Shown here: positions 23,662-35,244 of the stretch, in pieces | Layout of the letters: every line of letters starts with the position of its first letter | Position numbering within the stretch: position 1 is the first letter of the stretch | The notes under the pieces: generated by a model | What the model was told of the DNA's origin: nothing | What the model saw: the letters and a program-made list of their open reading frames with translations, nothing else | Databases searched by the model: none | Made by a program: the position numbers and the translations under genes | Origin: Vicugna vicugna | Taxonomy: Eukaryota | Direction: 5' to 3' | DNA length: 64,000 nucleotides | NCBI GenBank assembly: GCA_013265495.1 | Contig: MU057503.1 | Span: 682,001 to 746,000 of the forward strand

Positions 23662-25329
23662 ACCAAAGCTTTTGGTCTTGACTCTGATACCTTGCTGGTT
23701 CCCACAGATGATGGAGCACTATGAGAAATGCAAGGATGTAAAAGATCCAGCGTCTGCACCACACAGTCAACTATTCAGTTCAGTGGATCAGAGATACACA
23801 CAAACCACTATCTATAAGACAGTGTGTGAAAGTACTGAGAAAAAAAAATCAGCCTAAAGTTTCGGAACTGGGAAAGGGCTTCCCAGAAGCTATGATAATT
23901 TAGTCTTTGAAAGATAGGTACCATTTTAATGGGTATCTGAACCATTTAAATTCACTTGTAATTTTATTCTGGCTTTCACTGCTTATTTTATTTTATTTTT
24001 ATTGGTCTGCACTTCAGAGAAGTTCTTTTAAAACAAGGTTAACATCTTATGCATCTCTATTTCCTAATATCACTTAGCACAGTGTTTTTCTCACACAGTA
24101 AATGATAAGCTATTTGTGATGTCACCTTAAGATAAAATTTATTCATGAAAACAGTTCAATCAGATTTTCTGCAAGTGAATTTTAGTAAATGCCATTCGCT
24201 CTTAAATGTCCTTATGGCAGCCTGTATTTTACTTTCCGTCACACTCATCAACTTTCAAATATGAGTTTCTTGAGAGTCTTCTCTACTAGACTGTAAATCC
24301 CCTGAGAACAAGGACTGTGTGTGTGTGTTGTGTGTGTGAATCCTGGGTGCTCGCAACGTGTACACGTAGTAGGTGTTCAGTTAATATTCGTTGAATGAAT
24401 AAAACAGACCTCTCAAGAAACTCTTTCAAAAAGGGCTTCCTTCACCTAATGAGCTTAGGAAAAGCTGCCTCTTCTGCCATCCTTTTGGATAAAGCACAGT
24501 TGCAAATCAGCAAATGAAATCTCGAAGAAACTTGCAGTCAAGAAATCTGCTTAAAATTGATTATGTCGTTGCTTAAATAAAACTGACTGTGAAGAGCCAC
24601 ACCTCCCCTCTTTTCCCTGAGAACACTTGTTAACATTCTGCGAAATCACTATTGCTCAGACACTCTTAAGAAAGCCATTTGGGGGGGTGGGAATCTGAAT
24701 GTTGTATTTCAAGAAGTGTGCTCTCTTCTTGATCCTTTTCCAGCCAAAAAGACTGTGAATTCTAAAAGGTGGAAGCCAGGATGATACCCTCCAGAGGTGG
24801 CCTCGTCCTCTGCACAAAGGAGTCCGCCCTGTGCTCTGATTCCTCAGTGTATGACAATTGAAGGCTTTTATTCCAAGTAACCTGCCTGATGGAGGCTCAG
24901 TTTGTCTCCAGTATTCAGCTATGAGCTTCACACTTACTCAAAAGGACTGTGAGAGAACTCTTTCATAGGGCTCACAGAGTCATAATAATAAGGATGAAAG
25001 GTTGGACGCTATGTCTCTGAAGAAAGGTTAAATAATTGAAGTAACTGTATTTAAAGGAAACAAAAATCCCAAGGAAGGACAGACCTGATGAAACACGAAG
25101 TAGCCTGCTACATGCAGTAGGTCTGTGTGAAGGCTGTGGGGCTTGTCGTCACCATGTGCCTCTATAAGCCCCGAGGCTGGTCCCATCTAATGTCTCCCTT
25201 CAAGTCCAGCATTCTTTCTGGTTCCAGAACTTATGCCGCTGGTCATTCTCCACCTCTATATCAATATCAAAGGCATACTCACCCCCCTTTTAGGACTATC
25301 ACTAAATAAATGCTTCCTGTGTATCAGGC

Positions 25330-26110
25330 AATGCACCAAGTGCATTTCATGTTCATTTACTCCGTAAATATTTTTCAAGTTCCTCCTGTGTGCCAAGCAG
25401 ACCTGCCCTTGGTGTTTGGAATACATCAATGAATAACACAGACAGAAAATCTTGCCTTGTGGAATTTATATACCAGCAAGCCAAGACAGATAATGAACAT
25501 AACCAATAAGTAAGTTATGTAGTATGTAGGAAGGTGGTAAATGTCATGAAAAATGTAGAGCAGGGAAAGTGGAAATGGGAGGTCAGCTGTAATCTTAAAT
25601 GAGAAGGTAATATTTGAGCAAAGATATGAAGCCTGGAGCAAGTTAACCATGTGGATATATGGACAAATAACATGTTGACCAGAACGAATAATCAGCTTAG
25701 AGGCTCCAAGTCAAGAATGTGTTTGTTGGTCCAAGAAACAGTAAAGAGGTCAGAGTAGCTGGGTGTTGGGGCTTGAGGATTGACCCTACAGGCCGTTTGG
25801 ACCATGATGAAGATTTTGACTTTCACTTGGAATGAAATAAGAAGCGGTTGGAGGATTTGACCAGAGGGGTGTCATATATGACTTATGTTTTAAAAGGATC
25901 AGTCTGGAAAGGGCGATAAGCATGGAATTAGGGTAGTGGGTTGGGAGGTGGTAACTCCTATATGATAATGCAAATATCCAGGACTCAGGCCAAATACTGA
26001 CAATGGAGTTAGTGAGAACTCATCAGATACTGAATGTTTGTTCTGAACACAGAGCAACAGGGTTATCTGGAAGTGCTGTGTGAGAAAGAGGGAAGTCAAG
26101 GATGACTTTA
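25330..26110 (-). mobile_element. L2 LINE fragment
   Basis: ttcatttac...tgtgccaagc...cttgccttgtggaatttata...gaagtcaaggatgac. Confidence 0.8.
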
Positions 26111-26119
26111 AGAGTTAAC

Positions 26120-26290
26120 AGCCTCCATTAATATTTACAGTGAGGTAGGTTATAGTGTCATCTCTATTTTACAGATGGGGAAGCTAAGACTTAGAGAGAT
26201 AATAACTTTAGACTATTTAGCTAGTAAGTAGCAGAGCTGGGATTTGAACCCAGTGCTGTCTGAGTCCGAAGCCTGGGCTTAACCATAATG
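26120..26290 (-). mobile_element. MIR SINE
   Basis: tattttacagatggggaagctaagacttagaga...agtagcagagctgggatttgaaccc. Confidence 0.85.
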
Positions 26291-27939
26291 TAGCGTCTAT
26301 TACTGTGAAATCTGACCTTAGAGCTCCAAGAAACTGATCCCAGGTATGTTTCCTGGTTGCTTAATACCTATTGGAAAACCAGTTTCCATTAACATGTTTC
26401 CATGCCTTAAACCCTAGTTTGTTAGTGACTGTACTTCTGTTCCCTAGAACCTTCTTTTCTGAGAGTCTCCCACTTCTGAAGCCTGTTGCTAACTTTCTTA
26501 ATCTGCCTGACCACCAGAGCTTCTGTGATCGCCTTGATTTGCTCCACCATTTTGGGCTCAATTTGGACTTCTACTGAAAGTTTTCCCCGTTGGTAAACCT
26601 TCATATTCCAGAAACTATTTTCTAGTATATTTGTCCTCTTAGACCCACTTTATATTAATGCATTTCTGACCACTTAAAAAAGTGAAAACCATGTGATTTT
26701 CCATGAGGAGGAGGGGAGTGTGTGATAGAGAAAGCGGTGCTGACTGTGACCCTCTTGGGATCTCTACATTTTCCCCAGTCATGGTGGGAGAGAAAGGTGT
26801 GGCTGTAGCAACCAGGTTGGAGGCCTCCACGCAGGACAATTTCTGATCTGTTTGCTACTGACACCTGGCTTCCAGGAAGTCTTTCCCACGTTTGATTTTC
26901 TTTAACCCGAGCAACTGACTGTCTCCTTTTATCTCCCTTTGCAGCTTCAAGCAAACTTGTAATGAGCCAATGGTATTCCTTAAAAACTAGCATTGAAATT
27001 CCTCCTACAGAGTAAACTGTGGAAATGTGTGATTTGTGCTTAGGGCAGAAGATGAGTTCCCTAGTGGCTGGGGTGTCAGAGGAGGGTCTTCGAGGAGGGT
27101 GGAGCTGCCCAGCACAATGGAGAGACAGTGAAGCTCCCGGTTCAGGGGGCAGGAGGAAGCGGGGAGAGGCAGAGATGGACAGAGCAGGACAGAGGAGAGG
27201 AAAGATAAAGCCATCCAATTAGAAGAAGGCCATTCAGGGCACAGTATGGCTCCCCGCACTTCACCACCACAGTCTACAGTCACCCTCAAAATCTGCTTGT
27301 CCCCAGGGGGCTTGATGTCCATGAGGTTTGTTATGCGTCGAAAAAAGAGGCTCAGTTTTAGGTTAAGGGTCTTCACGGTGTGATATAGGGGCATCGTGCG
27401 AAGGAGACAGAACCAAGCGCACAGGAGGCAGGAGACAGCTTTGGGAACCACTGGTCTTGAAATCAAAGGTATTCAAGGCAATTTCCTAAATCTCAGAGGC
27501 AAGGAGACTTTCACTATTTCTGTAGTACCTCAAATGATTCTAATCTTCTGTTTATATTCTTATATTAATTTTAGTTTCTCTGCCTGAAAATACTGCAGTT
27601 CCAACATTTCTACATATTGAAATCTTACTCAACTCAAATCCCATCCTTCTGGAAAACTTGATCATTCCAGCATGAAGTGAACTTTCTCATCTATTGCCTA
27701 TATACCCAGTTTTTAAAGTAGATTTTAAGCTTTCGGAAAACAGAGGTTTCTTGAATTTTTAAAATAACTAACTTGTACTAGTCTTCCCTAGGAAGTCTTC
27801 TTCCCTTGGCTTGCTGTCCTCTAAAGTAAGTTTGACTCACTCTCCTTTTTAATGGCCACTCATAATTAGTTTATGTAGTTTCATATATTCAAGTTTATGA
27901 CAAGTTTGTATCTGATCATTCAAATTTAAGCCCCTTGAA

Positions 27940-28690
27940 ATGAAAATTAAAATCAAAATGAGATAGCGCTATATTTCTATCAGAATAAATGACTGACCAT
28001 ATCAAGTTTTGATGAAGATATAGAGGAAATGGGACTCCTCTATTCCGCTCCTGGGAATGCAGAATGATACATACAACCTCTTTGAAAAACAGATGAGCAA
28101 TTTCTTTAAAGGTTAAACATACATCTTCTGATATAGCCATTCCACTCTCAGGTACTTTCTCAAGATAAATGAGAGTATATGTCTATATAAAGACTTGCAC
28201 ACAGATATTCATAGCAACCTCACTCATAATAGTCCATAAATGAATTCAATCCACATGGCATCACAAGGTGAAGGAATAAACAAATTATAGTATATCTAGA
28301 TAATGGATGGACTACCACTGAGCAATGAAAAATAAGCTACTGATAACATACAGCCACATGAGTGAATCTCAAAATCATATGCTGATGAAGTAAGCCAGGC
28401 ATAAAAGAATACATTTTGTATAATTCCATTTATATAAAATTTCAGGAAATGCAAACTAACCTATAGTGACAGAAGACAGAACAATGGTTGCCAGAGATTC
28501 AGGAAGAGTAGAGGGGAGGAATTACGAAGGGTCTGGAGGAAAAACTCTTGGTGGTGAAGTATGGGTTCACTGTCTTGATTTTGGAGATGGTTTCAAAGGT
28601 GTATACCTGTGTCAAAACTTACATTGTACATTTTAAACACATGCAATTTACTGTATGACAGCTGTACCTCAGAAAGTTAATTAAAAGAAT
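27940..28690 (+). mobile_element. Old L1 (L1MB/ME-like), ORF2 end and 3' UTR
   Basis: agccattccactctcaggta...atgagtgaatctcaaaatcat...aggaaatgcaaactaacctatagtgacagaa...tgtacctcag. Confidence 0.85.
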
Positions 28691-29174
28691 TTTCAGCCCC
28701 TTGAAGGCTGAAATCACAACTTTCTTTTAATAGCTCTCTGAAATGCCTGGTAAAAGGCCACGTACCCTCTGAGGACTAATTAAATACTTACTGCTAATTT
28801 TTTTGACTCAACCATAGTTCAGGAGTTTCCCTAAGATCATAAAACTTCAGTATTTTCCTGACACTGAGAATAGTTCAATAGATTAACATTTATTAAACTT
28901 TTTTTTTTGTTGAATCAACAAAATATGAGAGGTGCTTTTGATGAGTTTATCATCAGGCTGATTTTAACATATCCAGGGACACAGATTCTTCCTATGTCAC
29001 AACAAAACAAAATTCAGTAAATTCTGTAAAAGTTCAGCAATTTAGTAAATGCAGTCAGACTAGTGGTACATCCCACAAGTTAAACACTTGGCTGACTTTT
29101 GTTTTCCCACTAATTGTAATACTGTGTGATATTCAGGAAGAATTTTCACCTCTGTTTCTTGCTGATAATAACCA

Positions 29175-29395
29175 AAGTATTTATCATTTATTAAGCACAA
29201 ATAATACCTCATACACCAGGCACTTCATAGAATTACCTTATTTAATCCTATAGCAACAATGTGGGAAATGATTAGCTAATTAAGCATTCCTCTTAAATAG
29301 ATGAGAAACTGGGACTTAGAGACGTTAATGATTCAACCAGGGTCACACAACCAGTAAGCAGCGGAAGTGAGATTTAAATACAATTTTGACCAAAG
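29175..29395 (-). mobile_element. MIR SINE
   Basis: atagatgagaaactgggacttagaga...agggtcacacaaccagtaag. Confidence 0.75.
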
Positions 29396-29960
29396 CCATT
29401 TTCTATCTTTGCAGCCCCCAATCTCTACGATTGTTCTTGCAAGAGTGCCATGGATTTAGTAATACTGCTTACTATTGTTAAACCAAAATGCGAATTCTCT
29501 ACATTTTTGAATGGACATGGAACAAAGAAGTTTTAAAATAGTACCCTGTTTATACATGATGCTAGACGCTACTAAAACTACACTCACCTACAGTTAGAAC
29601 CATTTTGCATTTAAATCATTTTCTGTCCTTCAAAGTATTTTAATTCTTCTTATCGCTCTTTCATACACATTTTACGTCCAGGTTACTAAATAAGGTATGT
29701 TATATTGCTGATGATACTTTTCCTGGTTCTTCTCTAAGGTTCCAATAGTTTTGGACACTCTCAATGTGAGTTGGAAATTTCCCTAGAGGCAAATACATAG
29801 CATCTGCCTAATTAAATGGAAAGTTTCTCTCATGTAGGGTTCCTTGGATATTTGCATTCCTTGACTTTCAGCACACTCTTTTACTCTAAACACTCCCCAC
29901 TGTGACTAACGTTCAGTCTTCACAACTATATGAAAAACAAAACCAAAAAACAAACCCAGA

Positions 29961-30071
29961 AGGGGGTGGGCGTAGCTCAGTGGTAGAGCACATGCTTAGC
30001 ATGCACGAGGTCCTGGGTTCAATCCCCAGTCCTCCATTAAAAAAAATAGTTGAAAAGAAAAAGAAAAAGAG
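29961..30071 (+). mobile_element. Camelid vic-1-type SINE with a well-preserved tRNA-Ala(AGC)-like head
   Basis: gtagctcagtggtagagcacatgcttagcatgcacgaggtcctgggttcaatcccc; A-rich tail; approximate TSD aaaa(a/c)caaaccca on both sides. Confidence 0.9.
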
Positions 30072-30430
30072 AAAACCAAACCCATTTACTTAAGGCCCCA
30101 ACAGTACCAACAGCTGCCCAAAGCTCATAATAATAGTTTCCCTTGTTTTTGTGGCAGATCCTAAAGACTGAGAAAGATAGGGGAAGGACCAAAACGAAGT
30201 GGGAGCCTAGCAGCCCTAGCCCTAAAATATTGGTGTTTTGACATCTTTGCTTCAGATCTTTTAAAGTAAAAACTCATTAACGACACAGTCGTAGCTACAC
30301 TTGTACCCGTACTGACACAATCCCCCACTTCCCTTTCCAGAGGTAACAGCTGTTCTAGGTTGATGACCCCTCTTTCCACCAATGTTTTTACCCATTCACT
30401 ATCTCTGTGTGTTTTCATCAATATAGGGAA

Positions 30431-30538
30431 TTTACTTATTTATCTATTTATTGAGTAAAGGTAGATTTATTTAGAGCGATGCATACCGCATAGAGTATAG
30501 GCTGCTTCAAAAGGCGAGAGAAAGGCCATGAGTGGTGG
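30431..30538 (-). mobile_element. Short retroposed 3'-end copy (AATAAA, A-rich tail, TSD) inside an old L1 fragment
   Basis: tagggaa at 30424-30430 and 30539-30545; T-rich tail 30431-30452; TTTATT at 30466-30471. Confidence 0.55.
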
Positions 30539-30981
30539 TAGGGAACTGATTTAGATGTTTTCAGTGTTTTCCATAGCAGGAGACTCCCCCCCGCCCCATA
30601 TTGTTTCAAAGATTTCTCTACATATATTCACGTGGCTGTATTTCATAAATTTTATCTACTAAATAGCTTTCCGTTACATGAATATGCCTTAGATTTTCAT
30701 CCATCTTCTGTTTATAGGCAATAAGGATAATTTCCATATTTTATAATGAAAGCTTCAGTGAACTTCCTTGTACACATTTCCTTAGGCAGATGTGTTCAGT
30801 TTCCTCCAGTTTATAGAAAAGAATCTATCTGGAGATGGAAATTATGGGTTGTAGAATGTTTGTGTGTTTGTTTACATATTTGATTTAAAACTTTTTTTCT
30901 GGCTTCATTGAGCTATAATTGACATAGTACATTGTGTAAGCTTAAGGCACACACTTGTGTATTACAAGATGATTGCCACTG

Positions 30982-31411
30982 TGTTGTAGGAGGTAATCAA
31001 GAGGACGTGACTGCCGTGTGACCCATGAGTTGGACCCAGGCATCGAGGGCTTGTCACCGCCTCCTTTGTCCTTGGAATGTACCTTCTGTCCACTGTGCCC
31101 ATAGCAGGAGACATTTTCAAGGATGCAGCCTTTAGAAAGCAATGTGTTGTTGAGGCCACCTGGACTGAATACGTGTCTGAATCCCGGTAAGTCCTCTACA
31201 GAAAACTTTAAGATTCTAGTGGATGGTTATGGAGATCTACTCATCTTGCAGCCGCCCAAGACAAGCCTTGTGTGTAAGTTCCCTTGCTTGTTAAGCCTTC
31301 TGTGTACCAATCTAGAGTGGTTTGCCTCTTCCTTCTGTCTCTCCTTGCCATCCGTGTATGGGGGCCAGTTTCAGATTTGATGTGAGGAACTCCTGAGGAT
31401 TTGAACCAACA
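30982..31411 (+). mobile_element. Solo ERV LTR
   Basis: tgttg...aaccaaca termini; TSD cactg/cacta; colinear with 23164-23590. Confidence 0.85.
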
Positions 31412-31516
31412 CACTACAGTGTGAGCTAACACCTCTATCACATTATGTAACACAATTACCTTTTGTGTGTGTGTGTGTGTGTGTATGTGTGTAGTGAGAA
31501 CATTTAAGATCTACTT

Positions 31517-31694
31517 ATTTATTTATTTATTTTTTTAAATTACAGTCAGTTACAATGTGTCAGTCTCTGGTGTGCAGCACAATGTCCCAGTCATGCACAT
31601 ACATATATATATTCCTTTACATATTTTTTCCATTAGAGGTTATTACAAGATATTGACCATAGTTCCCTGTGCTATACAGTAGAAATTTTTTAAA
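31517..31694 (-). mobile_element. Lineage-specific L1 3' end
   Basis: (attt)n tail; TSD aagatctactt at 31506-31516 and 31695-31705. Confidence 0.85.
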
Positions 31695-31863
31695 AAGATC
31701 TACTTTCTTAATGACTTTCAGATGAGTGGATAACAGAGTGGTTTTCATATACAATGGAATATTATTAAGCCACGAGAAAGAAGGAAATCCTGCCATTGTG
31801 ACAACATGGATGGACCTGGAGGTCACTATGTTAAGTGAAGTCAGTCAGAGACAAACACCCTAT

Positions 31864-32293
31864 TGTTACTGAGCAAAACGCTCACTGCCGGGGGTGCATA
31901 GAAGCCAGTACTCTGGCACCAGCTTTTGAGAAAAGAAAAGCTTTATTCCGAGGTCCACCGGCAAGGAGACAGGAGGTAGGGCTCAAATCTGTCTCCCTGA
32001 CAGCAAGGTGAGGCAGGTAGTTTAAGTTCTAGGGTTTTGGGGTGGTGAAGAAAAGGCGGAAGAAAGCGGTCGGTCACAAAGTTTGAGAGAGTGATGGGTT
32101 CTTATGCGCAGGCGCAAACAGCGTCAATGGGTCACGTGCACCTTGGGTGGGCGGCGGTATGAAACACGGGACGAGCAAGTCAGTTCTGCGCAGACTCCAG
32201 TCAGCCTTCCGGGTCCCAGCTGCTTTCGGCAATTTTTATCGTGTTAGGAGCGGAGGCGACTTTACCAAGCTGCTGCCTTCTCTGCCATCCTGT
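31864..32293 (-). mobile_element. ERV1-like LTR, CpG-rich, apparently truncated at its 5' end
   Basis: tgttact terminus, TTTATT at 31942-31947, interrupts the L1 sequence; the far end lacks a clear terminus or TSD. Confidence 0.75.
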
Positions 32294-32824
32294 AAGGTAA
32301 AGGCCAAACTCATAGAAACAGGGTAGAATGGTGGTTACCAGGGGCTGGGGGAGGAGTGGGAGAAATGGGGAGAGGTTGGTCAAAGGGTACGAATTTCCAG
32401 CGGGAAGATGAATAGGTTCTGGGGATGTGATGCACAGCACTGGGACTAGAGTTAACAAATACATTCTTGAAAGACAAGTGAGGCGACCTTAAGTGCCCCT
32501 CCACTTTTCGCCTGCTGGCGGGGCACCGCTTCTCCGGTGGACTCTGCTGTGTTTCTCTGGCTACCTTGATGGCCTTCTGGAAACACCTGCTGTAACCAGT
32601 GACAGAAGGTTTGCTGGGAAAAGCACTGGGAAAAGTGCTTCCAGACGTTTCTTGTGACCATTTGCCAAATTAAATATTTATTCATTTATTTATTTTTGTT
32701 TCTTATTACTTAGAAGCCCTTTCCTTATAGTTATTTTTAGCTCTCCCTGTCTAGTGTTCCAGAGCACCCGAGCTTTTAAGTTGTCTGTTTGGGACAAAAT
32801 ACTGCCTCTTGAGGATTTTTTTTT

Positions 32825-33405
32825 AACTTTTTTTTATTGAGTAGCAGTCATTTTACAATGTTGTGTCAAATTCCAGTGTAGAGCACAATTTTTCAGTTGT
32901 ATATCAACATACATACATTCATTGTCACATTTTTTTCTCTATGAACCACCACAAGATCCTGTATATATTTCCCTGTGCTATACAGTATAATCTTGCTTAT
33001 CTATTCTACATTCTGAAATCCCAGTCTATCCCTTCCTACCCCCCGCCCCCTTGGCAACCACAAGTTTGTATTCTATGTCTGTGAGTCTGTTTCTGTTTTG
33101 TATTTATGCTTTTTTTTTTTNNNNNNNNNNNNNNNNNNNNNNNNNNNNNNNNNNNNNNNNNNNNNNNNNNNNNNNNNNNNNNNNNNNNNNNNNNNNNNNN
33201 NNNNNNNNNNNNNNNNNNNNNNNNNNNNNNNNNNNNNNNNNNNNNNNNNNNNNNNNNNNNNNNNNNNNNNNNNNNNNNNNNNNNNNNNNNNNNNNGTCAT
33301 CTGTTACATTTAGGCTGTTTCCATGTCTTGGCTATTGTAAATAGTGCTGCTATGAACATTGGGGTGCAGGTGTCATTTTGAAGTAGGGTTCCTTCTGGAT
33401 ATATG
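32825..33405 (-). mobile_element. Young 5'-truncated L1 spanning an assembly gap
   Basis: TSD ttgaggattttttttt at 32809-32824 and 33406-33421; tttccatgtcttggctattgtaaatagtgctgc is L1 ORF2-end sequence. Confidence 0.85.
33121..33295. other. Assembly gap (175 N)
   Basis: Run of N. Confidence 1.
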
Positions 33406-34384
33406 TTGAGGATTTTTTTTTAAATGTCAACTGCTTCATGTCTTTGAGGTGATTATAACTGGAAATGTCCAGAACACCATCCTATTCAATAATTCACAGG
33501 TAATTATCTTATTTGGCTCTCCCAGCCTCTCGTGTTCCCTGGGCATGCCAGTGTCCTGCCAGTGAGAGGACACAAAATGAAAGGAAGCCGGCAGAGGAGG
33601 GAAGTGTTTGATTGGGGTAATTGATGTTGCAGTCAATTCAGGTTTCTGATGTGGTTTCTGGTCTGAAAGTGTAGTTTGGGAAATGTCTAACATGAAAGTA
33701 CTTGACTTCTAAAATTATACCTAATGTAGAGTAAACACCATCAAGCCTGTCAGAGGGGAATTTGACTTCGTAATGTAGGCAGAACCTTACACAAACTCAT
33801 TGTGATCCCTTTAGGACTTGTACGCAACTCAGAGCCCCCCAATTCCATTATATTTAATTATTTATTGAAACCCATCTGTGTACTTGACTCTACACAGCCA
33901 TAAATAAAAACCTAGGCCTCTCCCAGGGACCTCCCCCGCTAAATTCTGTTGATTAATATCCTGGTATGATTGGAGGATGGATTGGTCCAGAGTGCAAAAA
34001 AATTCTCTGAAGCTTACATTAATTATGAAAACCTTGAAAAGTGATTATCTTTTGTATTAGCTCTATGCCAAAGTTAGAATCATTCGTTTCGTAAGTACCT
34101 AACATGGTTGATGGTAAAGCTCTTAGGTTCTGCTTCAGAGTATTATTATGTGGACAGATTCTTGGTTTGTTGATTAGTGATTAGAATCATAATGAAAGTT
34201 GCCTGCTTTCACAAAGGACTAACCCCATTAGTGGCTCTGTCCCTACTTTCAATATTTGCAATAAACTGGGCCACAGAGGAAGTTTTGTACCGTGTATCAT
34301 TACTATCAAGTAGACCCTTCAAAGCTCCAATTTTGCTCACTTGGGTTTAGTGTCTTGTCACCTGCAAGCCACGGCACAGTCCTC

Positions 34385-34545
34385 TGGGGCTTTGCTGCCG
34401 AAAGTGTAGTCTGATTGACCAGCACCTTCAGCATCACCTGGGAGCTTGTGCAGACCACTCCAGCCCTGCTGAGACAGAATCTGTATTTTTAACAAGATCC
34501 CTAGGTGGTTTGTAGGCATTTTTCAAGTCTGAGAGACCTTATGTC
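34385..34545. mobile_element. MER5A-like hAT-Charlie element
   Basis: cagcatcacctgggagcttg...cagaatctgtatttttaacaagatccctaggtg. Confidence 0.8.
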
Positions 34546-34858
34546 TAGTCCATCAGCGAACTGTTAGAGCGTGGAGGTCTCTTTCCTCCCCAGGTAGAAA
34601 ACAAAGCCCAGAGAGATTAAGTTTACCCAGTGGCTAACAGGCAAGTAGCGAGTGGTAGGTATATAGTCCGGTCAGGCCCTGCCCCCTGTGTTACTGACTT
34701 TGTTTTCATTGTCTGTCCACCGGGTCATTCCTCTCCCTTCTGTAAGAGCCTTATCACTGCCTCATTCAGGGAGGTACCAACTGCACCACCAGTCGAAGGA
34801 GACTTCCTCCCACGTCTCTACCCTGCCCCCAGCCACAGGGGGTGTGACTGAGGATGGG

Positions 34859-34940
34859 TCCATCAGCTTCTGTTGCTAGAGCCTCAGATCTTTAGTGTCT
34901 GTTCCATCAGCTTCTGTTGCTAGAGCCTCCATCTTTAGTG
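34859..34940. repeat. Direct tandem duplication of about 39 bp (period 44)
   Basis: tccatcagcttctgttgctagagcctc(ag/c)atctttagtg at 34859-34897 and 34903-34940. Confidence 0.95.
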
Positions 34941-35244
34941 GAGACACACAGGGACACAAGGCGCTTGTAGTCAAGTCATCTCATAGCAGGCCTGCAGGGA
35001 GAAGCCCCGAAGCTCCCTCCTGCTGCCCCAGGCCCCAGGCCCCAGGCGATGAGCTGGTTTCTGTGATGATGGATGTTCAGCACTTCCTTCTGTTCCAATC
35101 CTTAGACATAATCAATGTCAATTCTTTATGAAAAAGATACTCATTTTAGAATTTCCAGGCATAAACCAGTGTATGTGCTTTTTTAAAATTCTACAAATTG
35201 ATCCATTGCATAGACACCCTTCTGCATGTTGTGTGTTCACTTCA

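Larger units (their letters stand above)
22950..23690 (-). mobile_element. MIR SINE interrupted by an LTR and an L1 stub
   Basis: gagtgcttactatgtcaggcact...aggctcagaga...cagctagtga..gagccagg resumes after the inserts as atacaaccaaagc...tgactctg. Confidence 0.8.
30890..32472. mobile_element. L1 (L1MA9-like) with a 5' inversion, carrying three nested inserts
   Basis: 30890-31720 is the L1 3' end on the minus strand; 31721-32472 is the preceding L1 sequence on the plus strand, ending ttgaaag. Confidence 0.8.

Noticed and set aside
26655..27466. 187-aa and 153-aa minus-strand ORFs
   Set aside because: No recognisable domain and no retrocopy hallmarks (tail, TSD). A BLASTX or PhyloCSF run would be the decisive check.
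29968..30036. Functional tRNA-Ala(AGC) gene
   Set aside because: The acceptor stem is imperfect, it has the extended G-rich SINE head, an A-rich tail and a TSD, and three related copies occur in the window.
23164..31411. Two same-family, same-orientation LTRs about 7.8 kb apart, suggesting a full provirus
   Set aside because: Each LTR has its own TSD (CCAGG versus cactg/cacta) and sits in a different host repeat. They are clearly diverged from each other, and the interval holds MIR, L2 and L1 sequence with no gag/pol/env remnants.
32490..32530. Possible CTCF site (ttcgcctgctggcg)
   Set aside because: Only a partial match to the core motif; not supportable without a PWM scan or ChIP data.
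33051..33381. ORFs containing X runs
   Set aside because: Artefacts of translating the N gap.
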